Assembly: GCA_002269645.1 (NCBI GenBank)
Contig: NIVC01001999.1
Coordinates: 92,982 to 156,981, forward strand
DNA length: 64,000 nucleotides
Source of the DNA: Macrostomum lignano
Lineage: Eukaryota
Direction of reading: 5' to 3'
The notes below the pieces were generated by a model. That model was not told the origin of the DNA, searched no databases, and saw only the letters and a program-made list of their open reading frames with translations. Each line of letters starts with the position of its first letter. Positions within the stretch are counted from its first letter, which is position 1. The position numbers and the translations under genes are program-made. Shown piece after piece: positions 30,201 to 40,724 of the stretch.

Positions 30201-33200
30201 AAACCTGGTGACGTTGTGGTGGTGTGCGGTGAATCACACCAGCCGAGGCTGATGTGGAAGCTCGGTGTTGTTGAGTCGGTTTCTGTTGGTCGTGATGGTG
30301 TCAGTCGCTCTGCTCTGGTTCGTGTAGTTAGCGGTGTGGGAGCTAGGAGGGAGCGCATTAGGCGCCCGGTGCGAGCCTTGGTGCCACTCGAAGTCTCTGA
30401 GTAAATTTTGAAGTGTGAGAGTTCCATTTAAACTTTATTTTTCATCATTTCTATTTAATGATCGCGTCTTTTGCTTTCTGTTTCTTTGTTGCAAGAGGTG
30501 ACTCGTTTAGCCTTGGTAGTTTTTTTGTTTCCTAGTGACAGTTACCTATTGGCCTTAGCGTCATCGTGTTATTTTCTCTAAATCACTAAGTGTTTTGTCA
30601 CCAACCTTTTGTATGTTTCATGTCATTTATTACAATTTTTTTTCATTGTTTGTCGAATCTTTAGTGATGATTGGTGAAGGAATCCTCAACTTTTTCAATG
30701 GTCTAAATTTTCTTATAATGAAGTCATTGTCATTTCCTGTGTTTGTTTTTTTTGCGTTTTTTTGGAATTTTTGGTATCGGGAAAAATGTGATCATTTTTG
30801 GGGGAGTGTCGCGAAATTTCAGCTTGCGCTAATAGAATTCACTTGCTCCCTTTTCATTTTCTTCCATTCCCTGTGTGCCTAGTCCATCTTCTATCTACCG
30901 CGCTCTACGTACTGTACATTCTTATCTTGTTTTCCGATTATCGATCGGTGAGTTTTCAGTCAGCCCCCCCCCCTCGGTCTCGTTAGAGCATTTTAGCCCT
31001 CGCCCTTCTTACCCATTTTCTTCTTATCTATTCTCTACCCCCCTCTCTCAACCACGCAATTACGCAAATAAATATACTGCTGGAGGAGCCTTTTCATCCT
31101 AACTTTGGTTTTCAAGTTGTTATTGTCAACGTATTCACTGGCCAGTGTTATTTCTTCAGTTATTTTTCTACATGAGGTGTGGGATCAGGCTCTGGGTGAG
31201 GTGTGGGATCAGGCTCTGAGTGGTGTGGGATCTGACTCTGGGTGAGGTGTGGGATCTGACTCTGGGTGAGGTGTGGGATCTGACTCTGGGTGAGGTGTGG
31301 GATCAGGTTCTGGGTGAGGTGTGGGATCAGGCTCTGGGTGAGGTGTGGGATCAGGCTCTTGGTGAGGTGTGGGATCAGGTTCTGGGTGAGGTGTGGGATC
31401 AGGCTCTGGGTGAGGTGTGATGGCTCTGGGTGAGGTGTGGGATCAGGCTCTTGGTGAGGTGTGAGATCAGGCTCTGGGTGAGGTGTGATGGCTCTGGGTG
31501 AGGTGTGATGGCTCTGGGTGAGGTGTGATGGCTCTGGGTAAGGTGTGGGATCAGGCTCTGGGTGAGGTGTGGGATCAGGTTCTGGGTGAGGTGTGATGGC
31601 TCTGGGTGAGGTGTGATGGCTCTGGGTGAGGTGTGATGGTTCTGGGTGAGGTGTGGGATCAGGCTCTGGGTGAGGTGTGGGATCAGGCTCTGAGTGGTGT
31701 GGGATCTGACTCTGGGTGAGGTGTGGGATCTGACTCTGGGTGAGGTGTGGGATCTGACTCTGGGTGAGGTGTGGGATCAGGTTCTGGGTGAGGTGTGGGA
31801 TCAGGCTCTGGGTGAGGTGTGGGATCAGGTTCTGGGTGAGGTGTGGGATCAGGCTCTGGGTGAGGTGTGGGATCAGGTTCTGGGTAAGGTGTGGGATCAG
31901 GTTCTGGGTGAAGTGTGGGATCAGGCTCTGGGTGAGGTGTGGGATCATACCCTGGGTGAGGTGTGGGATCAGGCTCTGGGTGAGGTGTAGGATCAGGCTC
32001 TGGGTGAGGTGTGGGATCAGGCTCTAGATGAGGTGTGGGATCAGGCTCTTGGTGAGGTGTGGATCAGGTTCTGGGTGAGGTGTGGGATCAGGCTCTGGGT
32101 GAGGTGTGGGATCATACCCTGAGTGAGGTGTGGGATCAGGCTTTGGGTGAGGTGTGGGATCATACCCTGGGTGAGGTGTGGGATCAGGCTCTGGGTGAGG
32201 TGTGGGATCAGGCTCTAGGTGAGGTGTGGGATCAGGCTCTGGGTGAGGTGTGGGATCAGACTCTGGGTGAGGTGTGGGATCAGGCTCTGTGTGAGGTGTG
32301 GGATCAGACTCTGAGTGAGGTGTGGGATCAGACTCTGTGTGAGGTGTGGGATCAGGTTCTGGGTGAGGTGTGGGATCAGGCTCTGAGTGAGGTGTGGCCG
32401 TGTGGCACTAGATTGCGGCAAGCCCAGCCAGCTCACCCAGATGGTGCCCATGAGGTTGACATCCACAGTGGCCCGGATCTGCGCCTCCGTCAGGTCCAGC
32501 AGCGGCCGGCCCTGGAAGACGCCGGCGTTGCTGACCAGGATGTCCAGCTTGCCGAAACGCCGGACAACGTCGGCCAGGCAGTCGGACACGCTGTCCGGCC
32601 GGGTGACGTCCATCTGGTAGCTGGCAGTCAGATAGCCCCGCGACTCCAGCGACTTGGCCGCGTCGTGGACGGCAGCCTGGTGTGGGAGGGATTTTCACAT
32701 AGAAAATATTCACATAGACAAAATGGGACTTCAGTACGACGAACATGAAATTCTGACGAAAGTGACCATGGGATTTTTTTAGGATCTCACTGAGAATCTG
32801 GGAAGGTGGTGGTGGTCCAGCAACTAACACCCTGGAAGGCTGGCACAGCAACTGAGGATCTGGGAGGCTGGCCCAGCAACTGAGGATCTGGGAGGCTGGC
32901 CCAGCAACTGAGGATCTGGAAGGCTGGCCTAGCAACTGAGGATCTGGGGGGCCTGACCAGCAACTGAGGATCTGGAAGGCTGGCCCAGCAACTGAGGATC
33001 TGGAAGGCTGGCATAGTAACTGAGGATCTGGGAGGCTGGACCAGCAACTGAGGATCTGGGAGGCTGGCCCAGCAACTGAGGATCTGAAGGCTGGCCCAGC
33101 AACTGAGGATCTGGGAGGCTGGCCCAGCAACTGAGGATCTGGGAGGCTGGCCCAGCAACTGAGGATCTGGAAGGCTGGCATAGTAACTGAGGATCTGGGA

Positions 33201-33956
33201 GGCTGGCCCAGCAACTGAGGATCTGGGAGGCTGGCCCAGCAACTGAGGATCTGGGAGGCTGGACCAGCAACTGAGGATCTGGGAGGCTGGCCCAGCAACT
33301 GAGGATCTGGAAGGCTGGCCTAGCAACTGAGGATCTGGGGGGCCTGACCAGCAACTGAGGATCTGGAAGGCTGGCCCAGCAACTGAGGATCTGGAAGGCT
33401 GGCATAGTAACTGAGGATCTGGGAGGCTGGCCCAGCAACTGAGGATCTGGAAGGCTGGCCCAGCAACTGAGGATCTGGGAGGCTGGCCCAGCAACTGAGG
33501 ATCTGGGAGGCTGGCCCAGCAACTGAGGATCTGGAAGGCTGGCATAGTAACTGAGGATCTGGGAGGCTGGCCTAGCAACTGAGGATCTGGGAGGCTGGCC
33601 CAGCAACTGAGGATCTGGGAGGCTGGCCCAGCAACTGAGGATCTGGGAGAAAACTCAGAAAACGCACTCACGCTGACATCGGTGAGCACAGTGACGCATT
33701 TCTGCTTGGCGAAGAGCTCAGCGGTAGCCAGGCCGATGCCCTGGGCAGCCCCGGTCACCAGCACGATCTGGCCGCTGACCTGAGCGGGCCGCAGCCCCAG
33801 CCAGGTGCGAGCGAGCTTCAGGCCGGCCTGCAAGAAGGACACGATCAGCACACCAAGGAGGTGCAGAAGAGCCAGAAGGAGCGGCCTGCCAGCCGGGGTT
33901 GGCGGGATTCGAGACTGACGGCCCTCGGAGGACCGGGGCGGCTGCTGCTGCTGCAT
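21263..33956 (-). CDS. Short-chain dehydrogenase/reductase, SDR16C family (RDH10/SDR16C5/HSD17B11-like), 327 aa, 6 exons
   Basis: Exons 33672-33956 (TM segment, VTGAAQGIG), 32437-32676 ([10 protein letters not shown]), 22221-22327, 21982-22149 (YSASK catalytic motif formed across the junction), 21416-21532, 21263-21329; all phases are consistent. Confidence 0.92.
21560..21935. repeat. ~20-bp degenerate minisatellite (GATTATCGATTGGCTGGGATG)
   Basis: Tandem copies in an SDR intron. Confidence 0.85.
22360..23668. repeat. 20-23-bp satellite (GGTGAGGTGTGGGATCAGGCTCTG), left of the LTR element
   Basis: Tandem array with higher-order structure. Confidence 0.95.
23669..24026 (+). repeat. 5' LTR (358 bp)
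   Basis: By eye, identical to the 3' LTR except for an 8-bp indel. Confidence 0.95.
24955..29373 (+). CDS. BEL/Pao gag-pol: Gag, zinc knuckles, aspartic protease, RT, RNase H, start of integrase
   Basis: [12 protein letters not shown]...WQTFWDQF; [13 protein letters not shown] and [14 protein letters not shown]; [10 protein letters not shown]; [10 protein letters not shown]; YVDN; LHGFCDASE. Confidence 0.95.
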   Translation: MSAEVKKRALIRAAVTRTIAKADKLLSLSWWNAEAVADAEACLEVLKEKLEALKGADEVIQEDLSDDKMESELAESYDYSFRCRKYIKLLENSQSSNVAHQQPSGSAQPQVKLPRCQLPTFDGTVTGWQTFWDQFSSSVDSNSSLADIDKFNYLLASLSDSAKAGIRGLAVTGANYAAAITILRDRFGKPDLIVRDLMHQLSELRLSDTSLSSLQRFHDDVSAAVRSLEAQNVHAASYETLLLPNLLKRCPDEFRLDMLKSAAYSGSQCDSVKDFLHLLSQEIEVREKAVLIGKKTGHDRERSGGSPKPSLSTLTVQSSSKSTPREHGKVFCTYCKAGHKSEDCLQFATADRRREFLHQEKRCFRCLRTGHGARTCNDPRQCRFCDGAHHVSICNKAPAKTVITRPAGLAKSNKPAGKQLGRQARSNNQCLPTTAVSAESSPLDHSAQAQFDNSNVRADAGSSVTVCATHEEPAPVASPNHVSDHFSSTMFLSSNPSVALPVAKAILLSADGQRELLIRVLLDTASNRSYIRKDVCDLLGITATRSEPLTVSTFTGLNTTIESGTVTFSIRKIDSRQVLNIRANMVNDICQPQRSVLVNQFPHLRNLDLADPHDPRDESTPISVLIGADQYYDIVGGEVIRGTSGPSAVSSKLGFVLCGPVKLTEDSGSPSNNSAADGPSEASQVLCCTVADPLTVTSDCDLSRFWRLDAIGISEVQCQSSIDEFVCDPQLINGRYEVKLPWKHPDSSLVLRNHFDLAYKRLDTTMRALSRQPDTFEKAFAIIREQEATGVIEKVPDADLQQDTNCHYLPHSCVVKADSEHTKLRIVFDGSARTFREDYSINDHLQVGPTDFPRIPEILLRFRRNPIAILGDIEKAFLQISVHAGDRDMLRFLWPDLSDERQICHYRFCRLPFGLTCSPGVLRATILRHLDTFESAFPECVGIVRKDLYVDNLVTSCSSDTEALALYHDAKKLFDLAGMNMRQWMSNSTSFNAHLPEQDVGHAKKVLGLVWCSSNDVIRMDFRDLACVHSEHCPTKRSVLSKLASVYDPLGLVSPAVISAKILLQQLCVRKIDWDEPLPPDISQAWHSWQQSWDGCIFEFPRYFFRTLGAKPTNIQLHGFCDASESAFAACIYARVASDDGAVDTVLLMAKSRVAPLLNLSIARLELLGALILSRLMHLVSQQFPGAERFLWTDSLTTLCWITNIEKLRKVFVQNRVREIRSLTSVSEWRHVPGENNPADIPSRGCRPESLQSNTLWMHGPDFLSSGDFPSSLTPFPQPVAEESTSQSGTVLLASVAAATFPDRESVLDSPTSDVSSIINVERFSSFNKLLRVTAWVRRFVLNLKASLARSPLQKFNFVTAAELHTCETLWLRSAQRSGFSKEIDHLSKHSTATPLCRDLNLVLDDEGLLRSKGRIGEAFPYETNYPILIPRHSHLEQLLIRRAHQSVAHGESLPRSARFERSFGYSKVDSE
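29370..30404 (+). CDS. BEL/Pao integrase core and C-terminus (continuation of pol after a 1-bp frameshift)
   Basis: [40 protein letters not shown]. Confidence 0.93.
   Translation: MKQELSRCVVCRKIQGRTYTVPVVSQLPNFRLADLRPFQTVGIDYFGPILYRTGESDVSTSEPAKGYVLLFTCSTTRAVHLELLSDMSTRQFLHGLRRFVARRGLPSLISDNAKTFRSAARILGASTSDQVQAFCAERRITWQFIPERAPWWGGFWERLVGVIKGSLKKSIGRAQLNFDQLSSTIIEIEAIINSRPLLYVSADDRSEVITPSHFLLGVRLTWEPDQGATQSSTLLSLPRRLDLLRNALNRFWKVWQEDYVTALREKPLHGQGCGPFPKPGDVVVVCGESHQPRLMWKLGVVESVSVGRDGVSRSALVRVVSGVGARRERIRRPVRALVPLEVSE
30807..31172 (+). repeat. 3' LTR (366 bp)
   Basis: Matches the 5' LTR with an extra TTACGCAA. Confidence 0.95.
31173..32395. repeat. Same 20-23-bp satellite, right of the LTR element
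   Basis: Continues the array interrupted at 23668. Confidence 0.95.
32810..33650. repeat. 28-bp minisatellite (GGCCCAGCAACTGAGGATCTGGGAGGCT) in SDR intron 1
   Basis: About 30 copies. Confidence 0.95.
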
Positions 33957-33979
33957 GACTGGAAGAGTTCCAGCGGCAG

Positions 33980-34185
33980 GACCTGAATTTGATCGATGGG
34001 ACCTGAATTTGATAGGAGCTAAATTTGATGGGACCTGAATTTGATGGGACCTGAATTTGATAGGACCTAAATTTGATAGGACCTAAATTTGATGGGACCT
34101 GAATTTGATGGGACCTGAATTTGATGGGACCTAAATTTGATGGGACCTGAATTCGAGGGGACCTAATATAATGATAGGACCTAAA
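33980..34185. repeat. ~16-bp minisatellite (GGGACCTGAATTTGAT)
   Basis: Tandem copies just upstream of the SDR ATG. Confidence 0.85.
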
Positions 34186-34994
34186 TTTGAACTTTATGTG
34201 AAATTGTAAAACTTGAAAGTTAGGTCTTATTAGGCTGCTGACCAAATGCAATCAAATGTGGATTTTGGTCATAGACAGTCTCATCGAGTCAAGCAAATTT
34301 GAAATTGGAAAAAAATATAAAAAAGATTTGCGGCGCTTTTTTTCGAAGTAGTAAACTAAAAAATTATGCTACTAATTTTGTATTTAATAAACAAAACTCG
34401 TCACTCAATATAAACAGATTCTGTCAGCTAGGAGTTGAAAATATTTCTATATTATGGTATAATTATTAATCAATATAAGGCTAACAACAACCAGGGCGGG
34501 GCACTTCTGTTTCTTGGAAAGCTATTAAAGCATGTCGATTGATGCTTTAAAAATCTCATGTCTCATCACATTTTTCCAAGAAACGAAATGTTGCCTCGAA
34601 CTACTTATAGTAGCTGTCCGCTAAAGTCATGTAGACAATGAAAACTAAAATGAAATTGAAAATTATGGTATTTAAGTACGCATGCTAAATACAACGCCAC
34701 ATACAATTACTAAAGTACATTTCAATCAGTCACGTGTGTACTTTTAGATTCATTTTTCTAATTGGTCAAGCCGTCAATGGAGACAAACAACTGGATTCTT
34801 TAAAAGGCCTGTCAAAGTGATTTGATTTTGAAAAATTGAAAAAATTGATTTATTTTTAATATAGATTGAGAAACAAAAACTCACTATCTGATTACTTCAG
34901 TGGTTAAATAGCGGAAAGGCTATTTCAATCTCATGAGTAGACATCAAATAATAATAAGGCTCACCATAAGCCTGCTTGATTTGGCTTGAAAAAC

Positions 34995-35203
34995 ATATCT
35001 ATCCGCATCTACCCCAGAATATCTATCCGCATCTACCCCAGAATATCTATCCGCATCTACCCCAGAATATATATCCGCATCTACTCAGGAATATCTATCC
35101 GCATCTACCCCAGAATATCTATCCGCATCTACCCCAGAATATCTATCCGCATCTACCCCAGAATATCTATCCGCATCTACCCCAGAATATCTATCCGCAT
35201 CTA
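34995..35203. repeat. 24-bp minisatellite (ATATCTATCCGCATCTACCCCAGA)
   Basis: About 9 copies. Confidence 0.9.
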
Positions 35204-35381
35204 CACACACAAATATTTTGGTAGAAATTGAATTAAGAACACAAATTTAGTAGAGCAAATCAAGCAAGCGATTCAAAAATGGCTATATAGCAGACAAAAG
35301 AACTACTGATACGCAAGTAGTAGGAGAGCGCATAAACAATCGTAATTCTAAATCACCCGCTGGCATCAACAAAGCCGGTCA

Positions 35382-38300
35382 TCAGACGAGGCTCTTCAAG
35401 TCTACAGGCTGGCCCTTCTCCAGCAGGTTAGCCAGCACCACGGGGGCCGGGCCCGCGCCCACGGCCACTCCCGCCACCACCTGGTCGGCCTCCCCAACCA
35501 GGTAGGTCATAAATTTGAATTCTTCCTTAGGCTCGGCCACTACGGCCCGTTTCCATGGCGACGAGGGCCGGCCGTCGCCGCCGGCGGCCAGGGCGGTGTA
35601 GCGGAAGCCGGTGCCGAACATCAGCGTCCAGAAGAAGGTGGCGAGCGGCTGACGCACCGGCTTGCCGAGCATCGACCTGGCGGCCAGGCGGCCCTGCGTC
35701 TGCGCCGTCTGCCAGTGCCCGTAGCCGAGGACGTCGCCGGCGCCAAAGACGTTCGAGTCCGACGGCGAGCGAAGGTCCGGGCCGACCACCAGCGGGCTGC
35801 CCGGCTTGCCACCGGCGAGGAGGCCGGCCGGCAGGAAGGCGGTGTTGGGCGTGGAGCCGATGCCCACCACGCAGAGCTGAGCAGGCAGGGTGTCGCCCGA
35901 CTTCAGCTTCAGACCGGACAGACCGCCCTGGGAGAGGGTGGGGTGAGGCTGGAGTACGTCATCAATCGATCACTACAGTAAGGCTGGAGTGAGTCATCAA
36001 TTAGGGAGGCTGGAGTGCATCATCAATCAGTGAGTGAGGCTGAAGTGCGTCATTAATCAGTGAGGCTGGGGTGCGTCATTAATCAGTGAGGCTGGGGTGC
36101 GTCATTAATCAGTGAGGCTGGAGTGCATCATCAACCAATCAGTGAGTGAGGCTGGAGTGCGTCATTAATCAGTCAGTGAGGCTGGAGTGCATCATCAATC
36201 AAGCAGTGAGGCTGGAGTGCATCATCAATCAGAGGCTAATTATTCACCCACAGCCTCAGCACCAGCCCTCACCTGAGCATCGGAGGCAAAGGACTGCAGC
36301 TCCCCAATCACGAACTTGACTCCCTTGCTCTCGTGCAGCCGCCGGGCAGCCTTGCCGGCCTCTTCGCCGAACAGCGCCTTGAACGGCACGGGATCTCGGG
36401 CGAGCACCGTGACGGACTTGGCACCGTTGGCGACCAGGTAGGCGGCGGACTCCAGCGCGATGAAGGACGATCCGATGAGGACGGCGTCCGCGCCCTGACC
36501 GGCCGCGTGAATTCGCTTGGAGTCCTCCGGGCTGCGCAGGTAGAAAACTCCGCGCTGAGGCGTCTCGACCTGGGATGGTTTTTGACGCAATCGATGAGGG
36601 CCGATCGTCCGGGGTGTACATGCTTGACAATGATACGCGAGACAATAATAATAATAATAATAATTGATTACACCTGCCCTAATAGGCAGATGTGCAACCG
36701 ACAGCTCAGCCGCAGCTATTGCGCGGTGCATCTGAAGGCTGCGTACGGCTGTTCAGTCCAAGGACTGGGGGGTCGCCACACACACCCTCGATTATCCCAG
36801 CTAATGCTGGCACCCATTTTACAGACTGGTTGAACTGAAGCAAAGCAGAGTTAGGTGTCTTGCCCAAGGACACAAATTGTTCCAGTTGGATCGGGAATCG
36901 AACCCCCGACCTTCAAGTCGTGAGTCCTACGCTCTAACCGCTAGGCTACAACCTTTATCGCAATAAGTTCCTTACCAAGTCCAGGCGGGTTCAAACTTCA
37001 AAGTGGCGTATTTCTAGGAAAATTTGAATCAGGTGATCCCGCAGATCCCCCCGAACAGCATTAGCAGCAGGTGCTCACAGCCATCTGCCTGGCCGAGGAA
37101 CCTGAGCACACCAGCAGCTTGGTGTAGGGCAGAACCACTCGGCCATTCTTAGACTGAAACTCCACAGTCCGCTGGGCCGGGTCTACGGACTCAACTCGGG
37201 ACTCCAGCATGAGCTCAATGTCATGCTGAGCATAGTGCTCAGCGGTGCGCAGCAGCGCCGGCTCGGCGGCCATGGCTTTGCTCAGCTTCGTGCGGTCGAA
37301 CGGCGGCACGGAGTCGGCGCTGAGCACCGTCAGCTTGCCGCGGTAGCCCTCCTGCCGCAGGCTGTCGGCGGCGGCTGCAGCGGCCGGCCCGCCGCCAACG
37401 ATGACGAAGTGCTCGGATGCGAACTCCGGCTGGTAGCCGGCCAGCGGGCGCTGCACCACGAACTTGCCGTCCGCTGGCGGCGTGCCCTCCACCAGCACCA
37501 TCTGGTCCGAGGCGCGCACCGACACCTGAGTGCGGGATAAGCGACGTAAGTTAACGGCGAATTTGCCGATACACTCAGCGACAAGATCAGCGACACATTC
37601 ACCGACAACATTAAAAACACACTCAGCGACAAGATCAGCGACACATTCACCGACAACATCAGAAACACACTCAGCGACAAGATCAGCGACACACTCAGCA
37701 ACAAGATCAGCGACACACTCAGCGACAAGATCAGCTACACACTCAGCAACAAGATCAGCGACACACTCAGCGACAAGATCAGCTACACACTCAGCAACAA
37801 GATCAGCTACACACTCAGCAACAAGATCAGCTACACACTCAGCAACAAGATCAGCGACACACTCAGCAACTTCAGCAACAAGATCAGCGACACACTCAGC
37901 GACAAGATCAGAGAAGATGTGAGCAGAGCTTTCACCTTGAAGGTGGGCAGGCAATCCATGCCGGGCGACTCCTCAATGTCGCCGCTGACCAGGTTGAAGC
38001 AGGCTCCGTGGAAGGGGCAGCGCAGCCGCTGCCCAGCGATTTGGCCGCCAGCCAGCGGCAGGCCAAAGTGCGGGCATTTGCCACCAATAGCGAACAGCCG
38101 CCTGTCAGCATCGGCTGTGCGGCCAACCAGCACAGGGAATTCGCCGAATTTCACCTGCTTCATACCGGGGCTTCATTCGGGTTGGTGCATTGATCAGACA
38201 GGCTTTTAATTCTTAAAAAATGGTAACTAATTAATAGAATACTCATTCAAAGCTTACCTTCCATCGCCAATCTCAGATTCTTTGCAGACCTCCACAGAGA

Positions 38301-39063
38301 ATGCTGGCTTATCTGTTTTAAAGAATTGTGCTACAAGCTTTCACTTTTAAAATAAGTCCCTAAAACAACTCAATCAATTATGTTTTACCAGGAGCCAAAC
38401 AGCTGTTTGATTTTTTAATACTCGCAACATTCCAAAAACCCCCTATTTAAGCCAACTCTGATATTTCCAAACTAAAACTACTAATGGTAGTATAGAAAGC
38501 TAATTTGATGCTATGAAACATTATCCCAGAGAAATTTGTATTGCAACATGGTTAATCAAATATAATTATTCTATAAAACAAAAATAAGACTAATCTCACC
38601 TGTAGAGTACATTCTTGCTGGAGCTGTAGCGATTGCAGTGCTAGTGGCTTGAAGGCTGTTACTGGATGTAACTGAAAGAAAAAATATTCAATTATGTCTA
38701 AATAGTTTACTATAAATTAACAAGCAACCAACTATTTTCAAAGTAAATTTCAGGTAATTAAAATTTAATACTTCAGCAAAAGAAATTAAATTTTGCCCTA
38801 CAACAAAAGCATGATTGGAAAACTTTTCATAGATAAAATTTAGTTTAAATTATCTAGAATTTAATTGAAAATTTGTGGTATTGTTTATAAATCAAGGTTG
38901 CTACAATTAAAAATACTTACCATAAAGTTATTTAATCAAATTTTAATTGCAAAATCAGCTTTATCTCAATGTTTAAAATGATTATATATGAAAATTCAAA
39001 AAAAAATTCTATAATTTAAACATTTTTACCTGCTAAGGATGTTGAACTACATCCAGCACCCAT
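35382..39063 (-). CDS. AIFM3: AIFM3-like Rieske [2Fe-2S]/FAD pyridine-nucleotide oxidoreductase, 7 exons
   Basis: Exons 39030-39063 (MGAGCSS), 38600-38671, 38258-38312, 37936-~38170 (CPHFGLPL...CPFHGACF), 37079-37525 (IVGGGPAA), 36273-36569 (IGSSFIALE), 35382-35927 (VFGAGDV; FFWT). Confidence 0.92.
35945..36237. repeat. Degenerate ~27-30-bp minisatellite (GAGGCTGGAGTGCATCATCAATCAGT)
   Basis: Tandem copies in an AIFM3 intron. Confidence 0.8.
36644..36951 (-). mobile_element. tRNA-derived SINE, copy 1
   Basis: Minus strand: A box TAGCCTAGCGG, B box GGTTCGATTCC, core GTGTCCTTGGGCAAGACAC, (TTA)n tail; homologous copy at 57794-58131. Confidence 0.85.
37575..37905. repeat. 24-bp minisatellite (ACTCAGCGACAAGATCAGCGACAC)
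   Basis: About 13 copies in an AIFM3 intron. Confidence 0.9.
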
Positions 39064-40376
39064 TGCTAAAATATCAATGTTTGTTTTTTAATAATCTAGA
39101 TTACAATACAAGTAAAATCACTGGCAACAATTGTATAATTATCTAGACTAAGAGCTTAAGCATTACTAATGATCTAGTATATTCCTTAAAAAATAGGTTT
39201 AAAGAACAATTGCAAAATAATTGTTATTCTTGCTTTATTGCTTCTTTTTTAGATTTATTTGTAATTCCATCATTTATAGGATAATTTTCTGAAAAATATT
39301 TATATGTGATATACATATAAGAAACTATTACTGGAGCTTATAAAATTGGCGTTTAAAATATAAACAATGTTTTTGTCTGAGAAACACATTGCATAAGCAT
39401 AACAAACCAACAAACACAAAGACAGCACTATAGTCTACAGTAAATCCAAGACTCACTTGATGATATTACGAGTAAAATAGGTAATTATTTATTACCTAAA
39501 AATACGAAGTGCCGTTTGATAGAAGACTGAATGAGATGATTTACTAGTCGCATTGAAAACACAACCGATTACTGCGATTTTAGCTACCAAAGATTTTCTA
39601 AAGAGCTTCATTCCTGTAAATAGGTGACAGTTAAATCCGTTCTTTTTACTTAAACAGCCTAACGAAATTAATGTTATTTTTAGACTTTCAGAGCATAATA
39701 TAACTAGTTATACTTTCTATATTATGTAAAAAGTTTTTACTTTGTGTTAATTTATAATAAAAAGCTATTTAATTTACATAAGGCTATCGTCCTGACAACC
39801 TAATGCTTATCCTGCTTTAAACACTTAACTTATTAAACTAATATTTCTGTTAACTTAACGGTGATAGCTTAGCTAAACTCTAAAACAGTGGGGACTCGTT
39901 TCTATTTTCGAGTACACTGCTAGTAAAGTATTTATTTCGCAGGCTATAATTTATGTACCTAATACTTCTGGTTAGTAACTATCATCTAATATAGACCTGA
40001 AAACTAACAGGCTAACCTCCCAATTACATTTCGGGAAATTTATTCCAGGAGTTTGTCACCTGTCTCAGTTCATTTTAATTTTAATTTAGCTATGGGAACC
40101 TTGTCGACTACGATAGAATTTCTACGTTACTTTCGATTCATATCCTTTTGCTGTAGTATATTTTTGTCTTGTAGTTATTATACATGCATATACCTTCTAA
40201 TTTTTATAATTTTTCAGCAGCTATGGTGTTGCACAGTAGCACTCTTAACAAGAAAAATTGAGATTTATAAAATTGGTTTCTTATTTTAAATTTTAGATAT
40301 CTGAACAGGGCCTTAAAATATATTTGGTCGTCCAAGTAGGCCATTGCATACTTTAGAAAAACAAATATCTATGTAT

Positions 40377-40390
40377 GTTGTCATGGAGAT
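40377..40390. promoter_or_regulatory. RFX X-box-like site upstream of the ODAD1-like gene
   Basis: GTTGTCATGGAGAT (reverse complement fits RTHNYYWTRRNRAC), ~335 bp upstream of a motile-cilia gene. Confidence 0.5.
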
Positions 40391-40724
40391 ATGTGTGATT
40401 ATCATGGATTCGTCACCGTCAATTTTAATTTCCATGAATCCCAGCTGCAGTTCTCGGGTTGGTCTGTAATTGAATTGCCGAACGTTGCAACCAATGGCAA
40501 CTCAATCTGATTATTTACATTGTTTTTCTGTGAAATTATCTTATCTGTATTCATGTAACAGCTGTTTAAAATCTTTCATTGACTCTAATTACAGTTTGAA
40601 TCTGTAGTGTTTGATCAGAATTTTGCTCAAGTTTTTTACTTTATATTTATTATACATTTAAAGGTTTCATTTTTGTAATTTTCAAAGTCCACCGTGTCTT
40701 TTTCATGCCTGTTGACCCTCTGCC

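Larger units (their letters stand above)
23669..31172 (+). mobile_element. BEL/Pao LTR retrotransposon, full length
   Basis: 5' LTR 23669-24026 and 3' LTR 30807-31172 (both TG...CA); 5-bp TSD TGAGG; PBS TGGCGCCCGA at 24027; PPT GGGGGAG before the 3' LTR; gag-pol with three CCHC knuckles, protease, RT (YVDN), RNase H and integrase. Confidence 0.97.

Noticed and set aside
32787-33671. Read-through extension of SDR exon 1 (389-aa ORF)
   Set aside because: A canonical donor at 33671 splices in phase to exon 2; the extension is the 28-bp repeat.
36870-36951. tRNA gene (also ~58050-58131)
   Set aside because: Has A and B boxes but no acceptor stem and a mismatched anticodon stem, and continues into a SINE body and tail.
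37526-37935. In-frame (ADLVAECV)n insertion in AIFM3
   Set aside because: The intron is 410 nt, not a multiple of 3, and the flanking exons are in different frames.
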